Source of the DNA: Sphyrna mokarran
Lineage: Eukaryota
DNA length: 64,000 bases
Direction: 5' to 3'
Assembly: GCA_024679065.1 (NCBI GenBank)
Contig: JAGIQG010000004.1
Span: 62,372,001-62,436,000 of the forward strand
Shown here: positions 12,220 through 23,100 of the stretch, piece after piece
Layout: every line of letters starts with the position of its first letter
How positions within the stretch are numbered: position 1 is the stretch's first letter
Notes under the pieces: generated by a model
Database searches by the model: none
What the model was told of the DNA's origin: nothing
The model's input: only the letters and a program-made list of their open reading frames with translations
Translations under genes and position numbers: made by a program

Positions 12220-12874
12220 GATGTCATAATTTATTTCCCTAAATTCCCTAACATCTATATGTTTCTGAACAGTAAATACCGATGAGAAATATTCATCTAG
12301 AATCTCATCCATTTTTTGTGGATCCACACATAGATGATCTTATTGATCCTTAGGAGGCCATATTATTTTTGTAGTTACTCTTTTGCCCTTTATATATTTG
12401 TGGAAGCTCTTCGGATTCTTGCTTTATCTACCAAAGCAATCTCATGTCCCCTTTTTGCCCACCTGATTCCTCTCTTAACTCTATTCCGACATCCTCTATA
12501 CTTTTCAAGGCATGCATTTGATCCCAGTAGATTATGCATGTCATATGCCTCCTTCTCCTCCTTTTTTAACAAGACCTCAATATCGCAAATTATCCAGGAT
12601 TCCCTACTTCTGCCAGCCTTGTTTTTCACTCCAACAGGATGTTTCTACCTGGAACCAACACAATTTTGAAAGTCTCCCACATACCAGCTGTCCCTTTGCC
12701 TGCCAACATATTTGCCCAAATCAACTTTTTTAAGTCTGATACCATCAAAACTGGCAATTTAGAATTTTAACTTCTGGGCGAAACCTATCAATCTCTACAG
12801 CTATCTTAAAGCAAATGGAAATATCCATATCCAAATCAGAAATATCTCCTCGCCATCCTGCTGTGATGTTATCT

Positions 12875-14640
12875 CAAGGAAAACTCCAAGGCTTTTTACA
12901 TTTATGTGAGAAATAAAAGAATGACCAGAGTGAGGTTGAGCTGGGAACTTGTAGTAGTGGGAATTTGTGCATGGAGTCAAAAGAGATAGGAGAGGTGATG
13001 AATGCATATTTTCCTTCAACGATCACCAACGAGGTTTTTGAGTATGATACAGGCTGATAGGCTGGAGGAGGTAGATGTTCTGAAGAAAGATGTATTAGCA
13101 ATTTTGAAAAACCTGAGGGTTGATAAGTCCCCTGGGCCAGATTGGATATATCCTAGGATTCTTTGGGAGATAAAGGATGACATCTCAGAGCTTTAGGCTT
13201 TGATCTTTGGGTCCTTACTGTCCACAGTGATAGTGACAGAGGGCGGGAGAGTGGCGAATGTTGTTCTGACCCTGGTAATTATAGGCTGGTTAGTTTTACT
13301 TCAGTGGTCAGTAAGTTAATGGAAAAGGTCATGAGGGTTAGAATTTATGACCATTTGAAAGATGCAGTTTAACCTTGGATAGCCAGCATGGATGCATGAA
13401 GGCTAAGTCTCACCTCACAAATTTGATTGAATTCTTTGAAGAGGTAACTAAGTGTGTAGATGAAGGTAGAGTAGTTGATGTCATATGCATGGACTTTAGC
13501 AAGATATTTGATAAGGTTCACCATGGTAGGTTCATGAAGAAAGTAAGAACGTGTGGGATAGAGGGATGTTTGGTCAATTGGATAAGGAACTGACTATTTC
13601 ATCGAAGAGAGAGGGCGGTAGTAGATGGAAAACTTTCAGACTGCAGACCAGTTACCAGTGGTGTATCACAGGGATCAGTGCTGGGTCCTCTGCTATTTGT
13701 GATTTTTATTAAAGACTTGGAGGAGGGAGCTGAAGAGTGGTTCAGTAAAATTGCTGATGACACCAAGATTGGTGGAGTAGTGGATGAAGTGGACGACTGT
13801 TGTAGGCTGCAAAGAGACATTGATAGGATGCAGATCTGGGCTGAAAAGTGGCAGATGGAGTTTGACTCTGATAAGTGTGAGTTGATTCATTTTGATAGGA
13901 CAAATTTGAGTGCCAAATACAGGGTCAATGGCAGGGTTCTGAGGAATATAGAGGAACCCAGAAATCTTGGGGTTTATATCCACAGATCTCTGAATGTTGC
14001 CATTCAAGTGGATAGAGCCATGAAGAAGGCTTATCGTGTGTTAATGTTTATTAATGAGGTTTGAGTTTAAGAGCCGTGAGGTTATGCTGCTACAATATAG
14101 GAGCTTGATGAGGCCACATTTGGAATATTGTGTGTAGTTCTGTTCACCTCGCTGTAAGACAGATGTGAAAGCATTGAAGAGAGTGCAGAGGAGATTAACC
14201 AGCATGCTGCCTGGTTGGAAGGATAGGTCTTATGATGAAATGTTGAGGGAGCTAGGGCTTTTCTCTTTAGAGCGGAGGAGGATGAGAGGTGACTTAATAG
14301 AGGTTTATAAGATGATAAAAGGGATAAATAGAACGGACATTCAGATTCCATTTTATCGGGTGGATGTAGCTGTTACTAAGGGATATAACTATAAGGTTCA
14401 TGGTGGGGGATATTGGAGGGGTGTCTGAGGTAGGTTCTTTAGTCAGAGAGTGTTTGAGGTGGGGAATGGTCTGCTGTGATAGTTGAGTCAGACACTTTAG
14501 GAACTTTCAAGTGGTTATTGAACAGGCACATGGAGCACATCAGAATGATAGGAAGTGAGAAAGCTTGATCTTGATTTTGGACAAAGCTCAGCACATCATC
14601 GAGGGTCAAGGGGCCTATACTGTGCTGCACTGTTCGATGT
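12875..14640 (+). mobile_element. CR1 family F, degraded ORF2
   Basis: KSPGPD, QHG, DFSKIFDKV, IADD motifs across ORFs 13002-14428. Confidence 0.9.
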
Positions 14641-15299
14641 TACATTTTTATGTGATGGAATACACAAAACTGGCTCTGTCCAAATACTAGTGAATACCCA
14701 GATTTGTCAGAGTATTTATAGCATCAATGTATCCTGAAGCAATTAGACTGGAACTTGGTGGAATTTGAACCTTCAAACCGTAAATTGTATTCTATTAAAT
14801 GAAATAGAAACAGTTCTGAAACTGAAATTGCCATTGGAATCCAGTCATCAGACAGTATTCCAACAGACCATTATGGACCCGAGAACTATTATATTCAATG
14901 TGCAGGGAACACATTCAAGCTCAGGTTTACTCTGATAGACAACAGTCAGAAATAAATTTCATTTCTGATTGACAGGTTGTCATGAATTGTATGGCATAAG
15001 AAGTAGTGCTGAATCTCAAATGATATAGGTTAATCAATATGAAGTGATCAAGTAAAATGTACTCAACCTTGCAACCAATAATGAGTGATATGGGAAAGTA
15101 TGCTCTATTGGGAAAGCTAAGAATTGAAAGTGGACTAAGTGGGAATGAACATGAAAGATAGAATATAATTGGAGAAATGTAAGATTATATGCAACAGAAA
15201 ATCGAATACCTCTTAAACAAGAAAAGATACAATTATCACCCTTCGACATTCAATGGCATTACCATTTTCTAGGAACTATATTGGAATAAACCAATACTT

Positions 15300-15415
15300 G
15301 GGTCTATAAACATAGACAGGGATCAAGGGTAACGGTGGGAACATCGGGGTGGCGGCTTGGTCTCGTTGGGCCCAAAGGCCTGTTTCCCGTGCTGTTTTGT
15401 TCTTTGTTCTTTGTT
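15300..15415 (+). mobile_element. Short CR1 family A 3' end inside an older element
   Basis: Matches 2475-2587 including the (TTTGTTC)n tail. Confidence 0.85.
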
Positions 15416-15597
15416 TGTACTGTGGTTACCAGAGCAGGCCAGAGGCTACGAATCCTGCACTGAGTAACTCACTTCCTTACTCCCAACTACAGGGTACAAG
15501 TAATGAATTTGAAGGAATACTTTTCACTTCTCTAGATGGATGACACTGTAACAACATTCAAAAATCGTGCCTGCATCCAGTACAAAATAGCCCATTT

Positions 15598-17905
15598 TGT
15601 GATGTTAATGTCTCTTTAAGAAAGTTTTTTTTAAATCATGCTCACAACCTAATATGATGTCATTGGTGGGAGGAGAATAAAATCGTCAGTCAGGTGACAA
15701 GGATTGTTTTTAGTTTCGCTTTGGCTGTAGTATTAGAAACTTAAAAGTCCCCCTCTCTTTTTATTTTGTAAGTGTTACTAGTTAGCCAAAAGCATATCTT
15801 ATTTGTTATCCGACAGATAAAAAAAATTGTATTTTAATGTTTTGGGGAGTTGAAAAGACAAGTTGCTCTGAGTTTTCAAGATAATTTGAAATCAACATTC
15901 AACACAGGGAACTGGATTCCATTGTTACATGAGCTATAGCCTGTGCCCTGATAAATCTGTTTAAAGGGATTTGTTTATAGGATGTTGGTTTTGATTGAAA
16001 CATCTGCTAAGTTGAGTTATATATTATTGTGGTTGTTTTGTTTTCACTTGTTATTGATGAAAGTTCTTGCTAATTTTCTTACTATATTTGTTGACTATAT
16101 TCTTAAATAAACTTTGTTTGATAAAACTACTAGTGATGCACTTAACTCATACCTGAAGTGAAACATCTCATACTTCTCCGAGCCAAATTCAAGATGTGAT
16201 TCAAATTCAAATTCAAATTCAAAAGATTGAGTATGTGGACATTAAGAAAGAGATGGTGTTGGAACTGTTAGATTCCATCAAGGTAGATAAGTCACCAGGT
16301 CCGGATGGGATGTACTCCAGGTTACTGTGGGAGGTGAGGGAAGTGATTGCAGAGCCCCTAGTGATGATCTTTGCGTTGTCAATGGAGATGGGAGAGGTTC
16401 CGGAAGATTGGAGGATTGCGGATGTGGTGCCTATTTTCAAGAAGGGGAACGAGGATAGCCCGGGCAATTACTGACCAGTGAGCCTGACCTCAGTGGTCGG
16501 TAAGTTTATGGAGAGGATTCTGAGAGAAAGGATTTATGAGCATTTAGAGAAGTTCGATATGATCAGAAACAGTCAACACGGCTTTGTTAAGGGCACATCG
16601 TGCCTTACGAACCTCGTTGAGTTCTTCGAAAATGTGACTGAACACATTGATGAAGGAAGAGCAGTGGGTATGGTTTACATGGATTTCAGCAAGACGTCTG
16701 GTAAGGTCCCCCATGCAAGACTTCTTGAGAAGGTGAGAGGGCATGGGATCCAAGATGCTTTGGCCTTGTGGATCCAGAACTGGCATGCCTGCAGAAGGCA
16801 GAGAGTAGTTGTGGATGGATCTTCTTCTGCATGGAGGTCGGTCACCAGTAGAGTGCCCCAGGGATCTGTTCTAGGACCCTTGCTGTTTGTCATTTTCATA
16901 AATAACCTGGATGAGGAAGTGGAGGGATGGGTTGGTAAGTTTGCCAACGATACAAAGGTTGGTAGTGTTGTGGATAGTCTGGAGGGATGTCTGAAGTTGC
17001 AGCGAGACATAGATAGGATGCAAGACTGGGCGGAGAAGTGTCAGATGGACTTCAATGCGGATAAATGTGTGGTGGTCCATTTTGGCAGGACCAATGGGAT
17101 GTAGCAGTATAATATCAAGGGTAGGAGTCTTGGCAGTGTTGAGAAGCAGAAGGATCTTGGGGTCCGGGTCCAGAGGACTCTTAAATCTACCCCGCAAGTG
17201 GAGGATGTAGTCAAGAAGGCATATGGTGTACTGGCCTTCATTAATAGAGCGATTGAGTTTAGGAGTCGGGAGGTAATGCTGCAACTTTGTAGGATCCTTG
17301 TCAGACCCCACTTGGAGTACTGTGTGCAGTTCTGGTCACCTCACTATAGGAAAGATGTGGAAGCTATTGAGAGGGTGAGAGGAGATTTATAAGGATATTG
17401 CCTGGATTGGGGAGCATGTCTTATGAAGATAGGTTGAGAGAGCTAGGTCTCTTCTCCCTGGAGAGACGAAGGTTGAGAGGTGACCTGATAGAGGTTTATA
17501 AGATGTTGAGAGGAATAGATAGAGTGGATTCTCAGAGGCTATTTCCCAGGGCTGAAATGGTCGCTACGAGAGGACACAGGTTTAAGGTGCTGGGGGGCAA
17601 GTACAGAGGAGATGTTAGAGGTAAGTTTTTCACTCAGAGGATGGTGAATGAATGGAATCGGTTGCCATCAGTGGTGATGGAGGCGAACTCGCTAGGGTCT
17701 TTTAAGAGACTTCTGAATGAGTACATGGGATTTAATGGGATTGGGAGTTACAGATTGTTCTATGGCCTGATAGGTATAGATAAGATCGGCACAAAGTGTG
17801 GGCTGAAGGTCCTGTTTGTGCTGTAGTGTTCTATGTTCTATGTAAAACCTATAGTTCAGGTGGACTTTGTAAAACACGTTGGAGTTTCTGTCCTGAATTG
17901 TAACA
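15598..17905 (+). mobile_element. Solo LTR (~660 bp) interrupted by a CR1
   Basis: Starts TGTGATG (15598), ends TGTAACA (17905), flanked by a 4-bp direct repeat ATTT (15594-15597 and 17906-17909); internal AATAAA near 16106. Confidence 0.65.
16198..17841 (+). mobile_element. CR1 family C, 5'-truncated
   Basis: ORFs 16196-17826 carry CR1 RT motifs with stops; (TTCAAA)n at the 5' junction and a (GTTCTAT)n tail. Confidence 0.95.
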
Positions 17906-18890
17906 ATTTGATTACTCTCCCTTTTACAAATATTCAATCCCTCCACAGCCGACGAACTGTGTCAATAATGTGTATCATTTGCAAAATTTGCTACAGGATC
18001 TCACCAAGTTTCCTTAGACAGAACACATTGAACTAACAAGTCTTACCATTTGGAAGGCCTCCACTACTATCTGAAAATTAGATGTATTTCTGATTGCTAC
18101 TTATCAACGGTCTGGAGGTTCCCCCCCTCCCCTAACACATTTACAATCCTGGCTTGTAAATGTATCACCATTCTTTCACTACCGCTTGTTCAAACTCTAG
18201 GAAGACCCTTCTTAACAATACACTGGGTGTACACAGGGATTGCAGCAGTTCAGGAACACAGCTTACTGTTACTTTCTCAAGGGAAACTGGGGATAGGCAA
18301 TAAATGGATGCCTAATCACTGATATCCATATTTAGTAAATGATTTAATATTTAGCCTTTATTTGGATCTGGGTGTCCAGGGGGAGGAATCACAGATCAAA
18401 ATGGCCATACAGTGAACAATTAAGAATTCTGACCGAATTTAACCTTTATTATGAATGTGTTAGAACATACAAATGTAAACCACGGTGTGATCACGCTCAT
18501 GCATTCCATCCAATATTGATCCCCTTGTGTGAGAAAGCAAGTATTTGTCTTGGAAACAGTTCAATTAATGCCCACAAGTTTGTCTTCTTGCATTAAGGAA
18601 TTGATATACGTATAGCATATGTAAGTTGATGGATTTGTATCATCTGGCGCTTATCACAACGAGAGGTAAACGAATTGGAAGATAGATACAATCATTATCA
18701 ACGGAATGAATGTAGGTATTTGTCTCCTCTGGCTAGGGAGCCTAGAGCTAGTTATCGAAAAGAAGGTCCCTCATTATGGGCTGGCTTCAGGAGAAATAAC
18801 TTCACTCAAAGATCTTTGGAATCATTTACCTAAGACGGATGTAGATACTACACGATGTAGTTTTTCCTGATATTCCAAAATTTACTGCAC

Positions 18891-18896
18891 TTTATT
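18891..18896 (-). terminator. Candidate polyadenylation signal AATAAA of the IgSF gene
   Basis: First canonical AATAAA I found on the minus strand downstream of the stop codon (about 1.1 kb); motif only. Confidence 0.3.
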
Positions 18897-19354
18897 GCAG
18901 AACAGTTTTCTTGGAAGGAAAGGCCCATAGTGCCATAGGAAGCAGCTTTTAATTTTTATGATGAAGTTCTCGAGATTGATATTGATATATTTTTGATATT
19001 AAAATTGCGGGATTCCGGGATGGTGCGAAAGGTTGAGGTTGATGTAAATATAATCACATATGGTTTGAAAGTTCTGATTTTGAGCGTGAGAACGATTGAG
19101 TGAGATTTTTACCTTTTAAAAATGAATAACCAGGATAGGCACGGGTAAAATATTTACAGTTCTGCGTGGCGCTAGAACACGAAATCTAAGATAGTGGCTG
19201 AATCAAAATGACCTCACCAGACACCGAATGTTAATACGCATTTCACTACTAAGGAAGAGTTGACGCCGCTAGGCTGTACGCTTGAACGTGGAAAATGTTA
19301 TAATGCATGTGAGAGGATTAAATGGAAGGAAATGCCGGTGTGCTTGGCTTGCAA

Positions 19355-19809
19355 TCCGATTGGTGGTCGTTCATATATAACACTGTCATCAGCAAAAACC
19401 TGTTGAGATGAGTACCCTGTTTCTGCGTTGTAAATATTATTCCAAGTAAATAGTCATACCGTCTCCCATCAGAAAAGGCCAGGGATCCAGGTTACTTTTC
19501 TTCCCATTTGGAGCCTCTAATAATTTACACATCGATTGATATGTTTTTTGCGGAAATCCAACATTGCAAGAATTCGCAATCGGATGGGTGGACGTTCGTA
19601 TGCAACACTGTCATAGGCAAAAAGCTGTTGAGATGAATGCCCCGTTTCTGCGTTGTAAATACTACAACATATCTGATCCAACTAAATAGTCATACCGTCT
19701 CCCATCAGAAAAGGCCACGGGTCCCAGTCACCTTTCATCCCACTTGAAGCCTCTAATATACACATCGATTGATATGTTTTTGCGGAAATCCAACATTGCA
19801 CGAATTCGC
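19355..19809. repeat. Diverged tandem duplication (two units of ~225 bp) in the presumptive 3'UTR
   Basis: Shared strings aacactgtcat, ctgttgagatga, gtttctgcgttgtaaata, taaatagtcataccgtctcccatcagaaaaggcca and gcggaaatccaacattgca occur twice in the same order. Confidence 0.9.
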
Positions 19810-19975
19810 GCTGATCGAAATTCCATCATATAATTATATAATCTGCCCCATTCCTTCTACTCCAGACAATTGCAATAGAGGTTACAGTCAGCCCATTACA
19901 TACACGTCGTTTCTGTATTCGCACGATGGGACTGCCAGCCCGTCTATAAACAACATCACTGGTCTCTGATGATGT

Positions 19976-20125
19976 TCATGCGATCCAGGATTTTTCTCCT
20001 GGGTTGTTTCTTTTGATTTCAGCGTATTCCACTTTCTCTTCCTTCTGATTCATTACTGATGTTTTATCGGAAACGATGAGATCCAAAGACGTATACGCTA
20101 ATGTACCATTGGTGGGTTGCTTGGC
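19976..20125 (-). CDS. Exon 7: terminal coding exon with two ITIMs
   Basis: Acceptor ttgttgctccgacag|; AKQPTNGTLAYTSLDLIVSDKTSVMNQKEEKVEYAEIKRNNPGEKSWIA* contains LAYTSL and VEYAEI. Confidence 0.87.
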   Translation of the reverse strand, partial: AKQPTNGTLAYTSLDLIVSDKTSVMNQKEEKVEYAEIKRNNPGEKSWIA

Positions 20126-23100
20126 CTGTCGGAGCAACAATGACATTTCAGTTGGGTTTTTCGCTCAAATTATATCTTTCAGGCTGCCAATGTGTTAGAA
20201 GTGGTTGAAATTAACTTTTATTCTCAATCTTACCAGGACATAAACGGTGGAACCTTCATCCCTTATTTCCCTCCTTCCTGTTTCGGTTAGCTCTCTGTGG
20301 TTGAGGGCAGCGCAATTCGGATTCCCCGCCTCTCCTGCGCGCATGGTCTGATAAGAGTTTGAGTGAAACATTAACGTTACATCAAATCACAGAAACGACT
20401 TTGAGGACAATGCCAGCAACAACAAAAAAAGTTGATTAGAATTCCTGAAAATCAGATCTGTTAATGAGATCGTGTAATCACTCACAAATACAACGGAGAA
20501 AACTGGCGTTATTTATTTGAAAATTTATTCACAGTCCATGTTAACATAACTCATGCTGGTCGAGTGGGACTTGTGCATGAGCTACGCAGCATCGAACATA
20601 TTTTCTAGCTATGGAGTTGATTATTTCAGATTTCTCCCCCCCCCTCCCCCACCCGCCACACAACTTCCCCAACGGGACCACAGGAGCAGGTAAGGCCCGG
20701 TACAGCGGTCAGCGAACAGGTCCAATCAACGTACGCAGGACACTCAGAGATTCATGGTGCGGCTATTGAGTGATAATAGAATCATAGAATCTGTACTGTG
20801 TAGAAGGAAGCCATTCGACCCATCGAGTCTGCACCTACAACAATCCCACCAAGGCCGAATCCCCGTAAACTCACATATTTACTGGTAATTCCCCCTGACA
20901 TGACGGGGCAATTTAGCTTGGCCAATCAACCTAACCCGCAGATTTTTGGATTCTGGCGTAAACCGGAGCACCAGGAGGAAACCTACACGAACACGGGAAG
21001 AATGTGCAAACTCCCGACAGTCACCTGAGACCGCAGTTGAACCCGGGTGCCTGGCACTATGTCATTTTCAGGCAGACGAATAACCATCTAACTGATATTG
21101 ACAAAATGCAAGCATCTGCTGTCTGCAAGCGTTAGAGAATCTCTGGACTTATATATCATTGCTGTGACAATGGGACACTGACTCCACGTTCACATTGGTG
21201 GCGGGAACTCCTGGAATTATGAACTCAACATGTTTTACGCACCACCCCCCCCTCGCCCCCGCACCCCATCCCGCGCTCGCCTTCAGTATTTGTGACATCC
21301 TGAGCTTATCAATAAATATATCAGTGATGTAAGTGATTTTCACATTGAAGTAGCAACCTACTTCCCATCACTGAAACTGACCTGCTTCTTGGACTTGTCG
21401 GTTATTTCCTCAGCAGCCTTCCTGTCTATTAGGAAAAAGCAATACATCAATGATCAACTTCATCACTTGAAATTTTTCACCAATGTTTACTCAACGTTGG
21501 AGCAAAGTGACCAGGCGCATCAGCAGTGAAAATGTAACAACCATGTTACATATAATGCATGTGGCTGAGACGGGATCCACGCTACAACAGAACACAATGC
21601 CAGTTACAAGCAAACCAAGGTAATGCAGATTCTGAAATTGTGAAGTAAAAGCAGAAATTGCGGAAAATACTCAACAGGTTAGACATTGGTTACCTTTCCG
21701 GGTCAGTGTTCTGACACAAAGGCATGGACCCAAAACATTTATCTCCACAGATTCTGAGATTTGAGCATCTGAAACACTTTCTGATTTTATGTATTTCTTT
21801 TACATTTGGATTCCAGATTCACAGCGTCCACCCTATTGTCGCTACCCGTACAAGCACAGTCACATGCTAGTGACGGTTAAGCGACAGAATTCACAACGCC
21901 GAGAACAAACATCCAGTTTGTTTAATGTTCATAGTTCGTGACATTCTGACATTTAGGATCCTGTTCTCGTCTCAGCACTGCGCCCTCGAACAACAAAACT
22001 TCTGTCAAAATCTAGATTCAAGTCTGCACCATTTCAGCTACATTTGCCGCACGATTACGCTGCTTTGGGACATTAGAACACAATTGTGAATCAGAACGCC
22101 TTACCATCAGATCCATCTAAGTCGCAGCGTTTGAAGAGAATCCGCAGTATCGCTGTCATCATTAGAATTATTAACACACCCGCAACAGATCCAGACACCT
22201 TGAGATAGAGAATCTTCCGGTCTTCTTTATCTAGTGAAGACAAAGTTTAATGATACGATTTTAAGGAGCAAATGATGCTAAACATATGAGCAACGTTAAT
22301 TTTCAAGCCGTGCCGACATATCAAAATTTTCATCTCATGTCTGGGTGTTCCACTTTGATTTTACTGTGAGGCCTCAGAACAATAGTATTAAACTACCAGA
22401 GTACAATATAGATTAAAACACGTTATACATTTGTGATAACATCAGGCCTTTCTTAATTGTATGTAATGTTTCAAGCAATAATTATACAGCTTTCTGCATG
22501 ATGTATCATTATGACATCTGCCAAATTCTATTCTACCAAATCTCCCAAACAGACAAATCCTGTACTAATTAGACAAGATGCATTATTTGAAAATTTATTA
22601 AATAATTTAAGCAACGAGTTATAGTGGATGAAATTGACTATTAATTGCATCACTCTTCCTCTTGATATATCCGTATAAAATCTCTGTTTGTTTGTATGCC
22701 TCATGCAAGTTTTTGCTCAAGGTTAATCTTCCTCCTTCTTAGGAACTTTACAGTCTTTTGTTGTTGATCCTTAAATGATCCCAGTCCTCTAGTTTACCAC
22801 TACCCTTTGGCACGTTGTACATCCTTATTTTCAATTGAACGTTATCATTGACTTCTTTGTTAACTATGGATTTTTCCTCTTTCTCGTGCAATTCCTCTTT
22901 CTGTTTGGGATAAACATCTGCTAATCATTTTGGACTAGCTGTTTGAATATCTGCTCATCTAGTGACCTGTATCATAACTTGTTTACCCAGTTTATCTTAC
23001 AGTTCCTCCCTCATCCCTTTTTAATTGCCCTTACTAAAGTTGAAAACACCTGGAATTCTATCGTATTGTGGTCACTATTCCCCTCAAGGTTCCCTATTAA

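Larger units (their letters stand above)
7503..12800 (-). mobile_element. CR1 family E host, split into four pieces (7503-7550, 8741-9707, 10780-11358, 12220-12800) by nested insertions
   Basis: Minus-strand ORF fragments 9029-9298, 9460-9702, 10917-11171, 11132-11359 and 12390-12629 are collinear pieces of one CR1 ORF2. Confidence 0.8.
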
